Part shown: piece after piece, positions 38,318 through 48,857 of the stretch
How the letters are laid out: each line of letters opens with the position of its first letter
Position numbering within the stretch: position 1 is the first letter of the stretch
Source of the DNA: Candidatus Latescibacterota bacterium
GTDB taxonomy: Bacteria > Latescibacterota > UBA2968 > GCA-2709665
Direction: 5' to 3'
Assembly (NCBI GenBank): GCA_963667175.2
Contig: CAXXXF010000006.1
Coordinates: forward strand, 608,001-672,000
Length of the DNA: 64,000 nt
Notes under the pieces: generated by a model
Database searches by the model: none
What the model saw: the letters and a program-made list of their open reading frames with translations, nothing else
What the model was told of the DNA's origin: nothing
Position numbers and translations under genes: made by a program

Positions 38318-40510
38318 CTACCTCACGAACAGCATGTCGCGGTACGTCGGCAGCGGCCACAGATCGTCCGGAATCACTTTCTCCAATCGGTCCGCCACGT
38401 CGCGCACCGCGTTCATCGCCGGGATCACGTTGTCGCGCATGTGGACCACCTTGGACGACATCTCGTCTCCGCCGAGTTCTTCGTTTTGCGCGTCGAGTTC
38501 GTCCAGCGAATCGCTCAATTCATCGATCAGGCCGGAAACCCGCATGATGGCGCTTTCGATACCCTTTGTGGACCCGCCCGCCTTCTTCGTCCCGTTCCAC
38601 GCCGACGTGAGTTGGTTCAGGTAGGCGACCGCGGCGGGCAGGATCATGCAGCGGGCCACGTGCGCCGCCGTTTCGCCTTCGATGTTGATCTTGATGAAGT
38701 ACTGCTCGGTGAGCACCTCCAGCCTGGCCCCCAGTTCCCGTGGCGTCAGCACGCCGTACTTGTCGAAGAGCTCCTCGTTCGCGGACGAGGCGAGCGCAAC
38801 GAGCGCATCGACCGCCGATCCCGCGTTGTGCAGCCCTCGGCGCGCGGCCTCCTCGACCCACTCGGCCGCGTAATTGTCACCGTTGAAGATGATCCGCTTG
38901 AAGGACGGGATCTCGTTCGCCAACAGTGTCCAGAGCGCATCCTCGAGCGAGGTTCCGGCGTTGACGATCGGCTCCAGCAACTCCGTCCAATTGTCGATCG
39001 CCTCCGCCACGATCGTATTGAGGACGGTTGCCGACAGCGAGATATTCGCCGACGAACCGACCGCGCGGAACTCGAACTTGTTCCCGGTGAAAGCAAATGG
39101 AGACGTGCGGTTGCGGTCTCCGGAATGGCGCGTCAGGTCGGGGAGGACGTTGACTCCCAGGCCGAGGAGGCCGTCGTGTTCCCGCTGCTCCGCCTTTCCG
39201 GATTCCTCAAGCTGATTGAAGATGTCTTCGAGCTGGCTGCCCAGGAACACCGAGATGATCGACGGCGGGGCTTCATTGGCGCCCAAACGGTGATCGTTCC
39301 CGGCGCTTGAGACGCTGGCCAGGAGCAGGTCCTGGTGCTGCTCGACCGCGCTCATCACCGCGGTACAGAAGAACAGGAACATCAGGTTGTCGTGCGGCGT
39401 GTCGCCTGGATCCAACAGGTTACGATCCGAAGTGCCGAAGGACCAGTTCACGTGCTTGCCGCTGCCGTTGATCCCTGCGAAGGGCTTCTCGTGCAGGAGG
39501 CAGATGAATCCATAACTGCGCGCGCTTCGCTCGAGGATCCTCATCACCAGCTGTTGATGGTCCGACGCCACGTTCGCGTTCTCGTAGACCGGCGCCATCT
39601 CGTATTGTCCCGGCGCCACCTCGTTGTGGCGCGTCTTCATCGGCACGCCCAGCCGGTACAGGTCCATCTCGATGGACTGGATGCACGCCAGCACCCGCTC
39701 GTGGATCTGCCCGAAATAGTGGTCGTCGAGTTCCTGCCCCCTCGGTGGCTTTGCCCCGAAGAGCGTTCGGCCCGAGGTCATGAGGTCGGGTCTGCGGTAA
39801 TAGAATTCGCGGTCCACGAGAAAGAACTCCTGCTCGGGACCGAGGCTGGCCGTTACCATCCCGGCGTCGATACCGAAGAGCTTGAGCGCTCGTCGCGTGA
39901 CCCGGTCCAGTGCGTCCATCGACCGGAGCAGCGGGATCTTGGCGTCAAGGCTCTCTCCCGTCCAGCTGGAAAAAGCAGTGGGAATGCACAGGTACGTTGC
40001 CGACTCGCCGCCCATGATGAAAGCGGGAGAGGTAGGATCCCAGGCCGTGTACCCGCGCGCCTCGAAGGTAACCCGTAAGCCGCCCGAGGGGAACGACGAG
40101 GCGTCCGGCTCGCCCTGGACGAGTTCCTCGCCGCCGAACTCCGTGATGGCGCGCGCATCGGCGTCCACCTTCAGGAAGGAGTCGTGCTTTTCGGCCGTGT
40201 GTCCCGTGAGCGGCTGGAACCAGTGGGTATAGTGGGTCGCGCCCTTCGAGAGCGCCCAGTCTTTCATCGACGCAGCCACGGTGTCCGCGATATTGGAATC
40301 GAGTTGCTTTCCTTCTTGAATCGTCTGGACGAGTTGCTTGAAGACGTTCTCCGGAAGCCTGGACTGCATTTCGCTCAGTCCGAACGTGTCTTTGCCGAAG
40401 ATGTCAGGCAGGAGGTCTCGGTCGCCCGATCGGGATTCCGGCTTGCGGTCCCAGGTCTTGGCGGCACTGACGGAATCGAAACGTCTCTGGATCCTCATCG
40501 TGAAAGCCAT
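38318..40510 (-). CDS. glnA: glutamine synthetase type III
   Basis: 730 aa; GATHYTHWFQPLTG.TAEKHD, GEPDASSFPSGGLR, HNEVAP, NGSGKH and DRNRTSPFAFTGNKFEFR motifs. Confidence 0.96.
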   Translation of the reverse strand: MAFTMRIQRRFDSVSAAKTWDRKPESRSGDRDLLPDIFGKDTFGLSEMQSRLPENVFKQLVQTIQEGKQLDSNIADTVAASMKDWALSKGATHYTHWFQPLTGHTAEKHDSFLKVDADARAITEFGGEELVQGEPDASSFPSGGLRVTFEARGYTAWDPTSPAFIMGGESATYLCIPTAFSSWTGESLDAKIPLLRSMDALDRVTRRALKLFGIDAGMVTASLGPEQEFFLVDREFYYRRPDLMTSGRTLFGAKPPRGQELDDHYFGQIHERVLACIQSIEMDLYRLGVPMKTRHNEVAPGQYEMAPVYENANVASDHQQLVMRILERSARSYGFICLLHEKPFAGINGSGKHVNWSFGTSDRNLLDPGDTPHDNLMFLFFCTAVMSAVEQHQDLLLASVSSAGNDHRLGANEAPPSIISVFLGSQLEDIFNQLEESGKAEQREHDGLLGLGVNVLPDLTRHSGDRNRTSPFAFTGNKFEFRAVGSSANISLSATVLNTIVAEAIDNWTELLEPIVNAGTSLEDALWTLLANEIPSFKRIIFNGDNYAAEWVEEAARRGLHNAGSAVDALVALASSANEELFDKYGVLTPRELGARLEVLTEQYFIKINIEGETAAHVARCMILPAAVAYLNQLTSAWNGTKKAGGSTKGIESAIMRVSGLIDELSDSLDELDAQNEELGGDEMSSKVVHMRDNVIPAMNAVRDVADRLEKVIPDDLWPLPTYRDMLFVR

Positions 40511-40616
40511 CCTATATGAAATGGTGAGGGTGCGCGCATAACGAACCTATCGGACATGAATACGACGGAATTGTCGGTTTCGCAACTCTTAAACGACCGC
40601 GTGCCTCTGAAAACGT

Positions 40617-42080
40617 CTATTCGAACCAGTACGAAAAGAGGGACGCCTGTCTGAGGTAGAACTTGAGACGGACTTCCCTGCCCTTCAGTTCATTCAGGTC
40701 CGCCCGCTCCATCCAGGTCAACTGGCGGGCCATCGCGTCGTCGTCGAGCCTGGCGCACCGGACCATGGCGTATTCAGGCGCGTGATACCCGTCCCGTTCG
40801 ATCACGGACGCCGACAGTTCCCCGCCCGCGGCATCCGCGTTCACGTAGAGGCGTCCGCCGGGACACACGAACGGCGCCGTCACCACCCATCCGGCCTGCT
40901 CTCCCGCGCAAAGACTCCCGAATCCGTCTCGCCTCAGCCGGGCAAGCCCCGGAAGCTTCACGTAGGACAGCCCATGGCTGTGCACGCTCATCCCGTAATA
41001 GAACCAGAGCTCGTCTCCCACGGACACGGGCGAGTTGGATGGCCAGACAATTCCCGAGTCCAGGCCGCCGGGCGTCGTGTCCAGAAAAGGCGCACGACCC
41101 TCCGGCCGGTTCCAGTGAACGCCGTCCCGGCTGGTTACCAGTTCGATGTAACAACGGCCCAGCATCGCGGAATGGGCAGGCCAATCGGGCAGCCGGTAGG
41201 GAAACCGCTTGGGTCGTTCTTCCGCAAATCCTTCGTGTACGCACAACAACCCGACGTACATCCCTTCGTAGAAGAACACGCCGATCGTCTGAAACTCCGT
41301 ACCCTCCGGATCGTCGCCGTCCGGCTCGAGCACGGTTTCCAGTTCCGTCCACTCGGTCAGGTCCTCGCTCTCGCTCCGCGCGATCAGTCGAACCGAGACG
41401 CCTTCCGGATCGATCTCCTCGTCCGGACGGGCGATCTGGGGGCGAAAATAGGCGACGTATTTCCCGATCTCCGCATCCCAACCCGCCAGGCAGTTCAGCC
41501 CGTCGGAATGTCCGATCCGGCTCGGCACGCGAACTTTCTTCGGATCCGACCACCGTACGCCGTCCGGTGAAAAGCTGATGCTGGAAGGATAATATATCAT
41601 CTTGTACCTTCTGGCGTCATCTTTTTCGCAATCGTCGATGACAACGCACGGCAAAGACCCCGGCGGTTCGAATAAGACGTTGTTTTCAGTGCTTCCGTTG
41701 ATTTCGATCCGCCCCAACGCCGGAAGCCGCCAGTGAATTCCGTTATGCGACTCCGCGTAGGCCACCACCGGCGTCCCGCCCCCGTACCCGAAGTCCTCTA
41801 TCCCCGGCGGCTTCATCTGATAATACATCTGAAAGCACCCGGAGGGGCCGCGGACCACCGACGTGGGCGTCAGGTTGTCGTTCGGTTTCTCAACGCCGCC
41901 CTCTCGCGGAACCTGGTCCTCCTCGTACCGCACGCCCTCCCGCGCGTCGTGAAAGCGGTTCCCCACCAGCAGCGGATTCCCCACGTATTTGACCGGGGAG
42001 TGGTATCTGCGGCAAACGCGAAACGTCTCCGCGACCCCCTCGTCATCCAGAAACAACTGTCGATTGGCGTCAACCTGCAT
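40617..42080 (-). CDS. GH32/GH43-like beta-propeller hypothetical protein
   Basis: RQLFLDD, Asp-boxes (S.NGIHW, SRDGVHW), GLARLRRDGF, LYVNA and LFSYWF motifs. Confidence 0.75.
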   Translation of the reverse strand: MQVDANRQLFLDDEGVAETFRVCRRYHSPVKYVGNPLLVGNRFHDAREGVRYEEDQVPREGGVEKPNDNLTPTSVVRGPSGCFQMYYQMKPPGIEDFGYGGGTPVVAYAESHNGIHWRLPALGRIEINGSTENNVLFEPPGSLPCVVIDDCEKDDARRYKMIYYPSSISFSPDGVRWSDPKKVRVPSRIGHSDGLNCLAGWDAEIGKYVAYFRPQIARPDEEIDPEGVSVRLIARSESEDLTEWTELETVLEPDGDDPEGTEFQTIGVFFYEGMYVGLLCVHEGFAEERPKRFPYRLPDWPAHSAMLGRCYIELVTSRDGVHWNRPEGRAPFLDTTPGGLDSGIVWPSNSPVSVGDELWFYYGMSVHSHGLSYVKLPGLARLRRDGFGSLCAGEQAGWVVTAPFVCPGGRLYVNADAAGGELSASVIERDGYHAPEYAMVRCARLDDDAMARQLTWMERADLNELKGREVRLKFYLRQASLFSYWFE

Positions 42081-42223
42081 CGGGGATCGCATTGGGAATC
42101 CTTCGGATCTGGAAATTGGGACGAGAAGACGCCAATTCTCCTAGGGCCTGGGCGAAATGGACAGTCGGATGTACGTATTGAGCGGGGCCGGCCGATAGCT
42201 AAACATCTCGTCAAACAGCAACT

Positions 42224-43510
42224 TCACGCCGCAGATCCGGATTCAGGCTGAAGTTCATGCGCCTCGGAAAAATCCCGCGCAGCGCGGAGTTGTTGCCTTG
42301 TGAGAGCCGGGAAATCTTTCAGAAGTTCGACATCGGACATTCCCCCATCCATGTAATCCAACACGTCATACACAGTTATGCGAGTACCCTTGAAGCAGGG
42401 TTTGCCGCCGCGAACGCCAGGACGGGTTTCAATGTAGTCTTCATAGGTCATACCGTGATACTCTGCTGCATCTTCCTTAACGCGGTTCGGTTCCCCGGCC
42501 AGCGAGATATCAAAATCCTCTTCAAAGTTCATCTCGCGATACCTTTCAGCATCACGCATGATTCGATTCCTCGCGGAGTCTACATCCGAACTCTCGCGGC
42601 TCTTGGCCAGTGAACCGTCGCCCGAACCGCCTCCGTAAGTACGGATCCGCCGTCTGAATCCCGCGACGTCCGCAAGTCTTATCCATTGTCTCTCATTGGT
42701 CGCGAGAACGTGGTTGTCGTCTGTCGAGTAGAGAAAGAAATCGATGTCCCCGCTGTCGTTCTTTCGGGGCAAGAGGCCCTCGGTCATCAGGCGAATCAGG
42801 TAGTGGGTGTAAATACTGGCGTAGCACTCTACCCTGGGAATTGCTGCAGTTATCGCGTTCACTCTCTTCCTGGTGATTGCGCCGATCTTTTCCTTGTCCG
42901 CTTTGAAGAAGGAACGCATTTGGCAACCGGCGATAACCTGAGCGAACCATTCTCTCGACCTCATTCCCGCCAGGAATCTCTTTTTCTCGTCGCCTCGGAG
43001 TTTTGGCACGGCCCCGGATCGACGATCAGAATTGGTGGCATACCATTTGCGAAACCCGGGAATATTCCCGGCCATCAGGCGAATGAGTGAATCAACCCAT
43101 TCCTGCTCGCCCTTATCGCGCCATGTCGCCGCGAACGGTACATTTAAGGTCCTGCGGACTAAATTCTCGTAATCAGGTACGCCTCTCCTGACCTCTTCAA
43201 GGCTCCGGCCTTCCGCCAGTGCGAGAACGGCGTCTCCATAGGAAGGAGCAGGTTCCGCCAACGGATAACCAAACGTCCCGGTCAGAAATGACTCGGGATC
43301 CGGGAGTTCATCGATCCCATGATGGAGTATTGCGCCTGCCGCCGCCTTACGGTCTTCAAATGACCGGCCATCGAGTTTAGATACCAGCTCAATGACTGAG
43401 ATTGGAGAATAACAGAGACGATCTCGGGGTTGCCAGAAGTCTTCTATTCTGATGTGACCTGAGCCCAGGTCGTATAACACGTGCGTCTCAAGAATTACCA
43501 TCCGTGCCAT
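42224..43510 (-). CDS. PIN-like domain protein fused in frame to a C-terminal DUF433
   Basis: VILETHVLY, SPISVIEL and ND..D...LATNE motifs; last 75 aa are DUF433 (ATG at 42451 may be a separate start). Confidence 0.7.
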   Translation of the reverse strand: MARMVILETHVLYDLGSGHIRIEDFWQPRDRLCYSPISVIELVSKLDGRSFEDRKAAAGAILHHGIDELPDPESFLTGTFGYPLAEPAPSYGDAVLALAEGRSLEEVRRGVPDYENLVRRTLNVPFAATWRDKGEQEWVDSLIRLMAGNIPGFRKWYATNSDRRSGAVPKLRGDEKKRFLAGMRSREWFAQVIAGCQMRSFFKADKEKIGAITRKRVNAITAAIPRVECYASIYTHYLIRLMTEGLLPRKNDSGDIDFFLYSTDDNHVLATNERQWIRLADVAGFRRRIRTYGGGSGDGSLAKSRESSDVDSARNRIMRDAERYREMNFEEDFDISLAGEPNRVKEDAAEYHGMTYEDYIETRPGVRGGKPCFKGTRITVYDVLDYMDGGMSDVELLKDFPALTRQQLRAARDFSEAHELQPESGSAA

Positions 43511-43796
43511 GGTCCGCTCCACTCTACACTGCGCCAGTGTCGAATCATAAGTTCATCGCGATTACTATCCGATTCTCTGTGCCGTAGCATGGCGCCAACT
43601 CCCACACAATAAACAACACCATCGTTATCCAGAATGTCAACTACATTTTCGTCTCAATCGTAGGCTCAAACGCAGATTCGCGGACCTTGGGGCGTCCGAC
43701 GCCGTGCAGGGGCGAGGCCCCATTCAGAAGATCCCGATCCCGGTTTTCAAAGTGGGCTGATCGCCGTGCATCACTCAATCTGTAGCTGATGTCCAG

Positions 43797-46700
43797 TCAA
43801 AGCAACAGCCTCTTCCATTTCTCCGCCTCCGCATCCTCCATTTCGGCTTCCATGTTGTAGATTCGGGCAATCTGCTCCAATAGGCCTGCGACATAGGGGT
43901 ATACATCCACAAGTTCGTCTGCCCATTCGCCGTAACGCTTGGCCAAGTCCCGCTCCTGATCACCGTTTCCTTTCGTGTAAACGCCGCGACGATTCAACGC
44001 ACCTTCAATAAATGCTTGGCCGACATCCTCCAAAGACATCAATTCTAAGGCTTCGCAAACCGGTCGGCACGGCCAGACTCCACTCGCTTCTGGAGCGTGA
44101 GCCAACAAAGCGCCAATCTTACGCTCGCAGATCTTGGAAAGATCATGACGGTCACACCATGAGCGAAGCTTGTCAAGCCAAGCCTTCAAGTAGTCTGCAT
44201 CTATTTTACCGTTCTTGTCGGTACCAGGAATGTAGCGGATTCGGTTGAGAAGCCAATGAGCCCGCCGTGCGATTCCCAATTGTTGTTCACGGTTGTCCGA
44301 CCAAAATCCGGGCGGGTCCTCCCCGCCATCCGCACGTTCGTAAACGCATGCGATTACTCTCGCGAAGAGTTCAGGCGACGCGGCGATGTGCTTTTCGATA
44401 TTCGGAATGCCATGTTTCGTCCTGTCGAGACGCACAAGGTGGAGGTACTCAAGCTGGGCTTTTTCCTCTACGGTCACCCCAGACCGTCTGTCGAGTTCAT
44501 CAAACGCGGTTGAAAGATGATGGTTGTCAATCATTGGATCATCTCGAGAATCATCCGAAAATGCGGCAGGCAAGAAATAAAGTAGCCGTTTCAGTATTGA
44601 TGTCTCTACATGGTTCCACGCCACATACGCTGCACGAAATGCTGCGTTGGGACGACCCACTCCAAGCAGTCTATCCACAGATTCGTTGATTTCTTCAGCA
44701 GGGGAATCTTTCCACGTTCGCGGTTTGATTTTTTTCCAGTATGCATCCCGAACGTCTGGCGGTTTGTCGTCGAGCCTTCGCCATGTCGATGCTGCGAACG
44801 GCATACACAGGAGCAACGTGGCGAAGTGGTCCGGCTTCTTCAGGTTTTCAGTTCGGGAAATCTGCTCGTCGAGCAGGCCAGAGTCAGTCTTTCTCATAAA
44901 TCCGGCCAGGCAGGAACTTAGCGCCATTGAATTTTCGCTCGTCGCCGCTTGAAGACACGACTGAAAGAACTCGTCTGCATCGTGACGATCTGCCAGGATC
45001 CCCGCTATCAGTTCGCCGATCAAATCCGACGTGGTTTCATTTCCCCTGAGTAACCCAACTACGCCCTGGAAACCACGCTCCTCCCATATCTCACGTAACG
45101 CCTCTATCCGCAATTCGTTGAGCCGTCGCTCGTCTTCATCTCCGCACTCACTGTCATCGGCTTCCCGTGGCGGTAGTTCGACCCAATGTGTTGTGAATAG
45201 CCACCCATGGCGCAAGATGGAATCGCCTGGCAGCAGTATCTTAAGTACTTCGCGTTCCTTTTCTGGATGCGCAATTGACTCTTCCCGTACGTGTCGCATA
45301 CGTGCGGACGAATGGACACGCTGGCGCAGACTCGCCTTCTCATCGTCTGAGGGCTTCGAATTTGCCCAATTCGCGATGTGTTCCCATATCCTGAGTTGCT
45401 GCCGTTCATTAAATCGTCCAAGCCGCTCAACGAGGTCGCCCAGGTTGGCTTCATCGCGCACGTCACAATCCAAGAGCGATTTGGCACATTCGTGTATAAA
45501 CCTACGCTGTTCGGTCGTGGGAACCTCTATTACCGTCTTTACGCCGTCGTCCCGCCACCGTGGGCGGCGATTGGGGACCGCAATTTCGCACCCATCCAAT
45601 TCGCCGATACGTACAAACCAACCCAGAGACGGGTGGCGCCGGGAGAGAGCTTCCAAGGCTTTCAATCTTATATCAAGTGTGGCGGCGGTTTGTGGCATCC
45701 AGGAACGGAAAAATGACGCCAGCGTATCCCTGGGGCTGGGCGACCAGTTATCATCACTTTCGATTGCCGACATCTCACACAGCTTCGCTAAAAGCTCGAC
45801 GACACGTGGAAATCGTTTCGGGTTCCACGCAAGTACTTGCAGCGTCCATAGCAAGGGAGTCCTGAGCGAATGACTTAAGAAACTATGTCGCGGTATTTTC
45901 ATGAGTTCGCATATGACGGGATTGGGCTTCCGAACATCTGTCTCGATCAACGAAAGTATGACCTCGGGTGCTGCTTCCGCAAAATCAGGAAGGGCTATGC
46001 CGTATGACGTAATCTGGTCCTGTTCGAAAGGGCTTAGGAGCTTCTTGACGAAGGACGCCACTTCGGATTCAGCGTCGAAACCCATGCGCTTATGAAATAG
46101 ACGATTTCCGAAGACTGCCAGGAGTATGAGCGTCTCGCGAATTCCTCTTCGCAGTGCGTCGGAATGACTTGGCGCGTTTTCGAGAGGTTTCGCCGACAGT
46201 TCGTATTCTGGTGTCGAATTAGTGGAAGTCTCGTCTTTGCACAGGACGTCAATTGCAACCGCAAGAAAGTTATCCAGGTCAGTCCTGGTTACGAACGGAG
46301 AAATTCCGAACAGGGCATCAATCCTTGATACAACCCCCTGATGATCTCCTGCTGACCAGAGCGGCGGATCCTCAAGATCAAGCAGTTGCGCCAAGTCAAC
46401 CTCAACTCTGGCATAGTCGTCCTGGCTCCAGAGACGCTGAACTACCTCGCGGTCGCCAGGGGCCGCTGAGTTCCAGGCGCCTACCATTGCAGCCGGTATG
46501 AGTTTCCGGCCGATTTCAGCATCCACGGCCCAGCATGGCGTCTGCACTTCAGGTAATTTGGAAAGGCGACGCCGCAGGATCGTCAGCGAACAAGCGGATT
46601 CCCGAGCCAGCCTCTCGATCTTCTCGTAAGCATACCCGCTCGACTCAAGAGCTTTGTGAAAATCAAGAAAGTGCAGACGATCCAGTTCGATATCGGGGTC

Positions 46701-47885
46701 GCCGTAGACGCTGTTGCGAGGCCGTATAATCACCCGGCGGCAACGGCGCCGCAGGAAACCGATTCTCCGTTCGACCTCCGGCGTGGTTGCGATGGCGATA
46801 ATCGGTAATCTGTCCACGCTTTTCAATCGTTCCAGTGCGTTCGGCGTGTCAAACACTATCATCTGATGATCTAATCCGGGGATTCCAATCTTGGCGGAAC
46901 CCGCTAGACACCGCAGAAAAGCGAGCGCTTCATCCCGTGAATCAGCCGCAACAATTAGAGGACGATCGAGTTCCTCGTTGTGCCAATCTACAAATGGCTT
47001 CGCGAATCGACTGACGGTCGGCGCGATGAGGGCTGGCCATATTGGTGGTTCGCAGTCTTCGATCCATTCGCACCAGCATTGTTCGATCGATCGAAAGCCG
47101 TCGACCCGTCGGCTGAGACGTTCAGCGAACCAGATCTGAACCGCAGCGGATTGCTCGATCCATTGCTCCAGGTCACTCGCGTCGTATACCCTGACGTCCT
47201 TCCAATGGCCAGCGGCGGTTTTTTCCTTTGCCCAGTCTTGCTTCTGCTTCCAATCTCGCGCAGTCACAAAGACAAACGTCGTGTCATGCCGTTCCTTGGG
47301 TTGCACTGCTTTCAAGCTCTTCACATAGTCGATCTCGGCTTTACCCCTAATATCTCGTCTGCAACTGAGTTCCCATCCTGATTTTCCTGCCGGTATCCAG
47401 GGGGTAGGCACTGAGGTCTCAATTATGCCGTCCCACCCTTTACGTTCCGCATTGTCATAAGCAGGGAAATCTACACGTGTAAGATCCTGTCCGGTCGTGT
47501 GAACGAGCCTGCGCACTAATGCCGGGAGTTCCCGGCGGGCGCAGTTCCTCTGAGCCCATTTATGAATTTCAATTGCCCTGATTGGTGCCAGATGCGGAGC
47601 GTAAAGGCCGGCAGTAATGGACCCTACGTCCACATCGTCCTCGCTCTTGTCGAACTGAAATTGACGCTCCATCAGCATATCACGGTCCGCACCAAAGGTC
47701 CGCTCAAGCCGCATCGCCATCTCCGGCGAAAGATCCGCATTACCGTTCAGGAAATTTGAAAGCGCCGGGCGCCCGACGCCAAGGAGCTTTGCCGCCTTTG
47801 TGACAGTCATACGTTCGGGAATGACGTGACGCCTGACGTAAGCTCCAGGATGATTCCTATCATTTTTCCCATAATTCTGAGCCAT
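43797..47885 (-). CDS. 1362-aa protein: HigA-type HTH + putative nuclease-like domain + degenerate NTPase + helical repeats
   Basis: HPG.Y.R..V...MTVT.AA..LGV.R.ALS..LNG...LS.EMA.RL; GWDG...WELS; GGAGG RBS. Confidence 0.8.
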   Translation of the reverse strand: MAQNYGKNDRNHPGAYVRRHVIPERMTVTKAAKLLGVGRPALSNFLNGNADLSPEMAMRLERTFGADRDMLMERQFQFDKSEDDVDVGSITAGLYAPHLAPIRAIEIHKWAQRNCARRELPALVRRLVHTTGQDLTRVDFPAYDNAERKGWDGIIETSVPTPWIPAGKSGWELSCRRDIRGKAEIDYVKSLKAVQPKERHDTTFVFVTARDWKQKQDWAKEKTAAGHWKDVRVYDASDLEQWIEQSAAVQIWFAERLSRRVDGFRSIEQCWCEWIEDCEPPIWPALIAPTVSRFAKPFVDWHNEELDRPLIVAADSRDEALAFLRCLAGSAKIGIPGLDHQMIVFDTPNALERLKSVDRLPIIAIATTPEVERRIGFLRRRCRRVIIRPRNSVYGDPDIELDRLHFLDFHKALESSGYAYEKIERLARESACSLTILRRRLSKLPEVQTPCWAVDAEIGRKLIPAAMVGAWNSAAPGDREVVQRLWSQDDYARVEVDLAQLLDLEDPPLWSAGDHQGVVSRIDALFGISPFVTRTDLDNFLAVAIDVLCKDETSTNSTPEYELSAKPLENAPSHSDALRRGIRETLILLAVFGNRLFHKRMGFDAESEVASFVKKLLSPFEQDQITSYGIALPDFAEAAPEVILSLIETDVRKPNPVICELMKIPRHSFLSHSLRTPLLWTLQVLAWNPKRFPRVVELLAKLCEMSAIESDDNWSPSPRDTLASFFRSWMPQTAATLDIRLKALEALSRRHPSLGWFVRIGELDGCEIAVPNRRPRWRDDGVKTVIEVPTTEQRRFIHECAKSLLDCDVRDEANLGDLVERLGRFNERQQLRIWEHIANWANSKPSDDEKASLRQRVHSSARMRHVREESIAHPEKEREVLKILLPGDSILRHGWLFTTHWVELPPREADDSECGDEDERRLNELRIEALREIWEERGFQGVVGLLRGNETTSDLIGELIAGILADRHDADEFFQSCLQAATSENSMALSSCLAGFMRKTDSGLLDEQISRTENLKKPDHFATLLLCMPFAASTWRRLDDKPPDVRDAYWKKIKPRTWKDSPAEEINESVDRLLGVGRPNAAFRAAYVAWNHVETSILKRLLYFLPAAFSDDSRDDPMIDNHHLSTAFDELDRRSGVTVEEKAQLEYLHLVRLDRTKHGIPNIEKHIAASPELFARVIACVYERADGGEDPPGFWSDNREQQLGIARRAHWLLNRIRYIPGTDKNGKIDADYLKAWLDKLRSWCDRHDLSKICERKIGALLAHAPEASGVWPCRPVCEALELMSLEDVGQAFIEGALNRRGVYTKGNGDQERDLAKRYGEWADELVDVYPYVAGLLEQIARIYNMEAEMEDAEAEKWKRLLL

Positions 47886-47925
47886 GGTCTCACCTCCAAT
47901 CCGATGGTCTCCTGACCTCCATCAA

Positions 47926-47957
47926 ATATACTGTATTGCGTTACGCAACGCAATACA
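47926..47957 (-). promoter_or_regulatory. promoter overlapped by a palindromic operator
   Basis: TGTATTGCGTT-acgc-AACGCAATACA (47932-47957); minus-strand TTGCGT-17-TATATT. Confidence 0.75.
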
Positions 47958-48298
47958 TTTTCTCTCATTCTCGCAGGAGGCGTTTCCGTACGCATCCTCA
48001 ACAATCCTTGTTCCGAAGGAATCCGTCGCGACCGCTACCGCAGCATCCATCGATACACAGACAACAAAAATCCCGCTGCGAAATTTGTGCAGCGGGTCTG
48101 TCAATGTCCTCTGTCAGGCCCGACTCTTCAGGCTGAGTCCTCACAAAAGTGGTGTTCGTCGAAATTCCGGCAAGGCCTGTTGCAGAGTCTGCCGGTCGCC
48201 ACAATGCGCGTGAGGCCGGTGCTATAGATGGCGTGGATTGTGCGGTAAATGATCGATAAGCTGCTGAAGGTTGTGGAGTTGCCCGGTTAGAGAGGCTG

Positions 48299-48646
48299 TT
48301 ATTTCGTATGTTCTTGGAGTTCTCTTACGAGTTTGGAATCTGGTGAATGCGCGTCTGCGTTTTCTTCAAGGTCTTCTCTCAAGAGGTTGGCAAGTCTCTC
48401 GCGTTCTTCCTTTATTGCCTCTTGTTTGATGGCTTGTTTGAGAAACATATCCGCACTCTCCAGGAAGAAGATTGTGATAATGACGGAAAAAATGCCGATG
48501 TCTGTGATATCTTAGATAGTTTCGATTGGAGGTTTTGGAGTATCGGGCGCGAGGTACCATACGGTACCGATCATAAATACAGAGACGGCAATAGCTATGA
48601 ACTGAAAAGGTGTCTGTCTTGTGCGCCCCAAATAGGTGAAATCATT
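48299..48646 (-). pseudogene. two-TM + coiled-coil small protein with an internal TAA
   Basis: ...FIAIAVSVFMIGTVWYL...ETI*DITDIGIFSVIITIFFLE...EAIKEERERL...; stop at 48514-48512. Confidence 0.5.
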
Positions 48647-48857
48647 TCGTGAGATTTAACAACTCAACTTGGCATGTCAAGGGATCACTATGCGTCACAA
48701 CGAGATACTTCATCTGTTCCGATCGAATCCTTATGGGATCGGGTGAGGGTCCATTCTGAGGATAACTGTGCTTGTATGCGGGTCAACGTCACGACAACGT
48801 CCATTCCTCGCCCGATATGATAACAAGGAGGGCATCAACCATTCCAGAAAGGAAGGT

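Noticed and set aside
40511-40616. Glutamine riboswitch upstream of glnA
   Set aside because: Short intergenic region with no recognisable glnA-motif core
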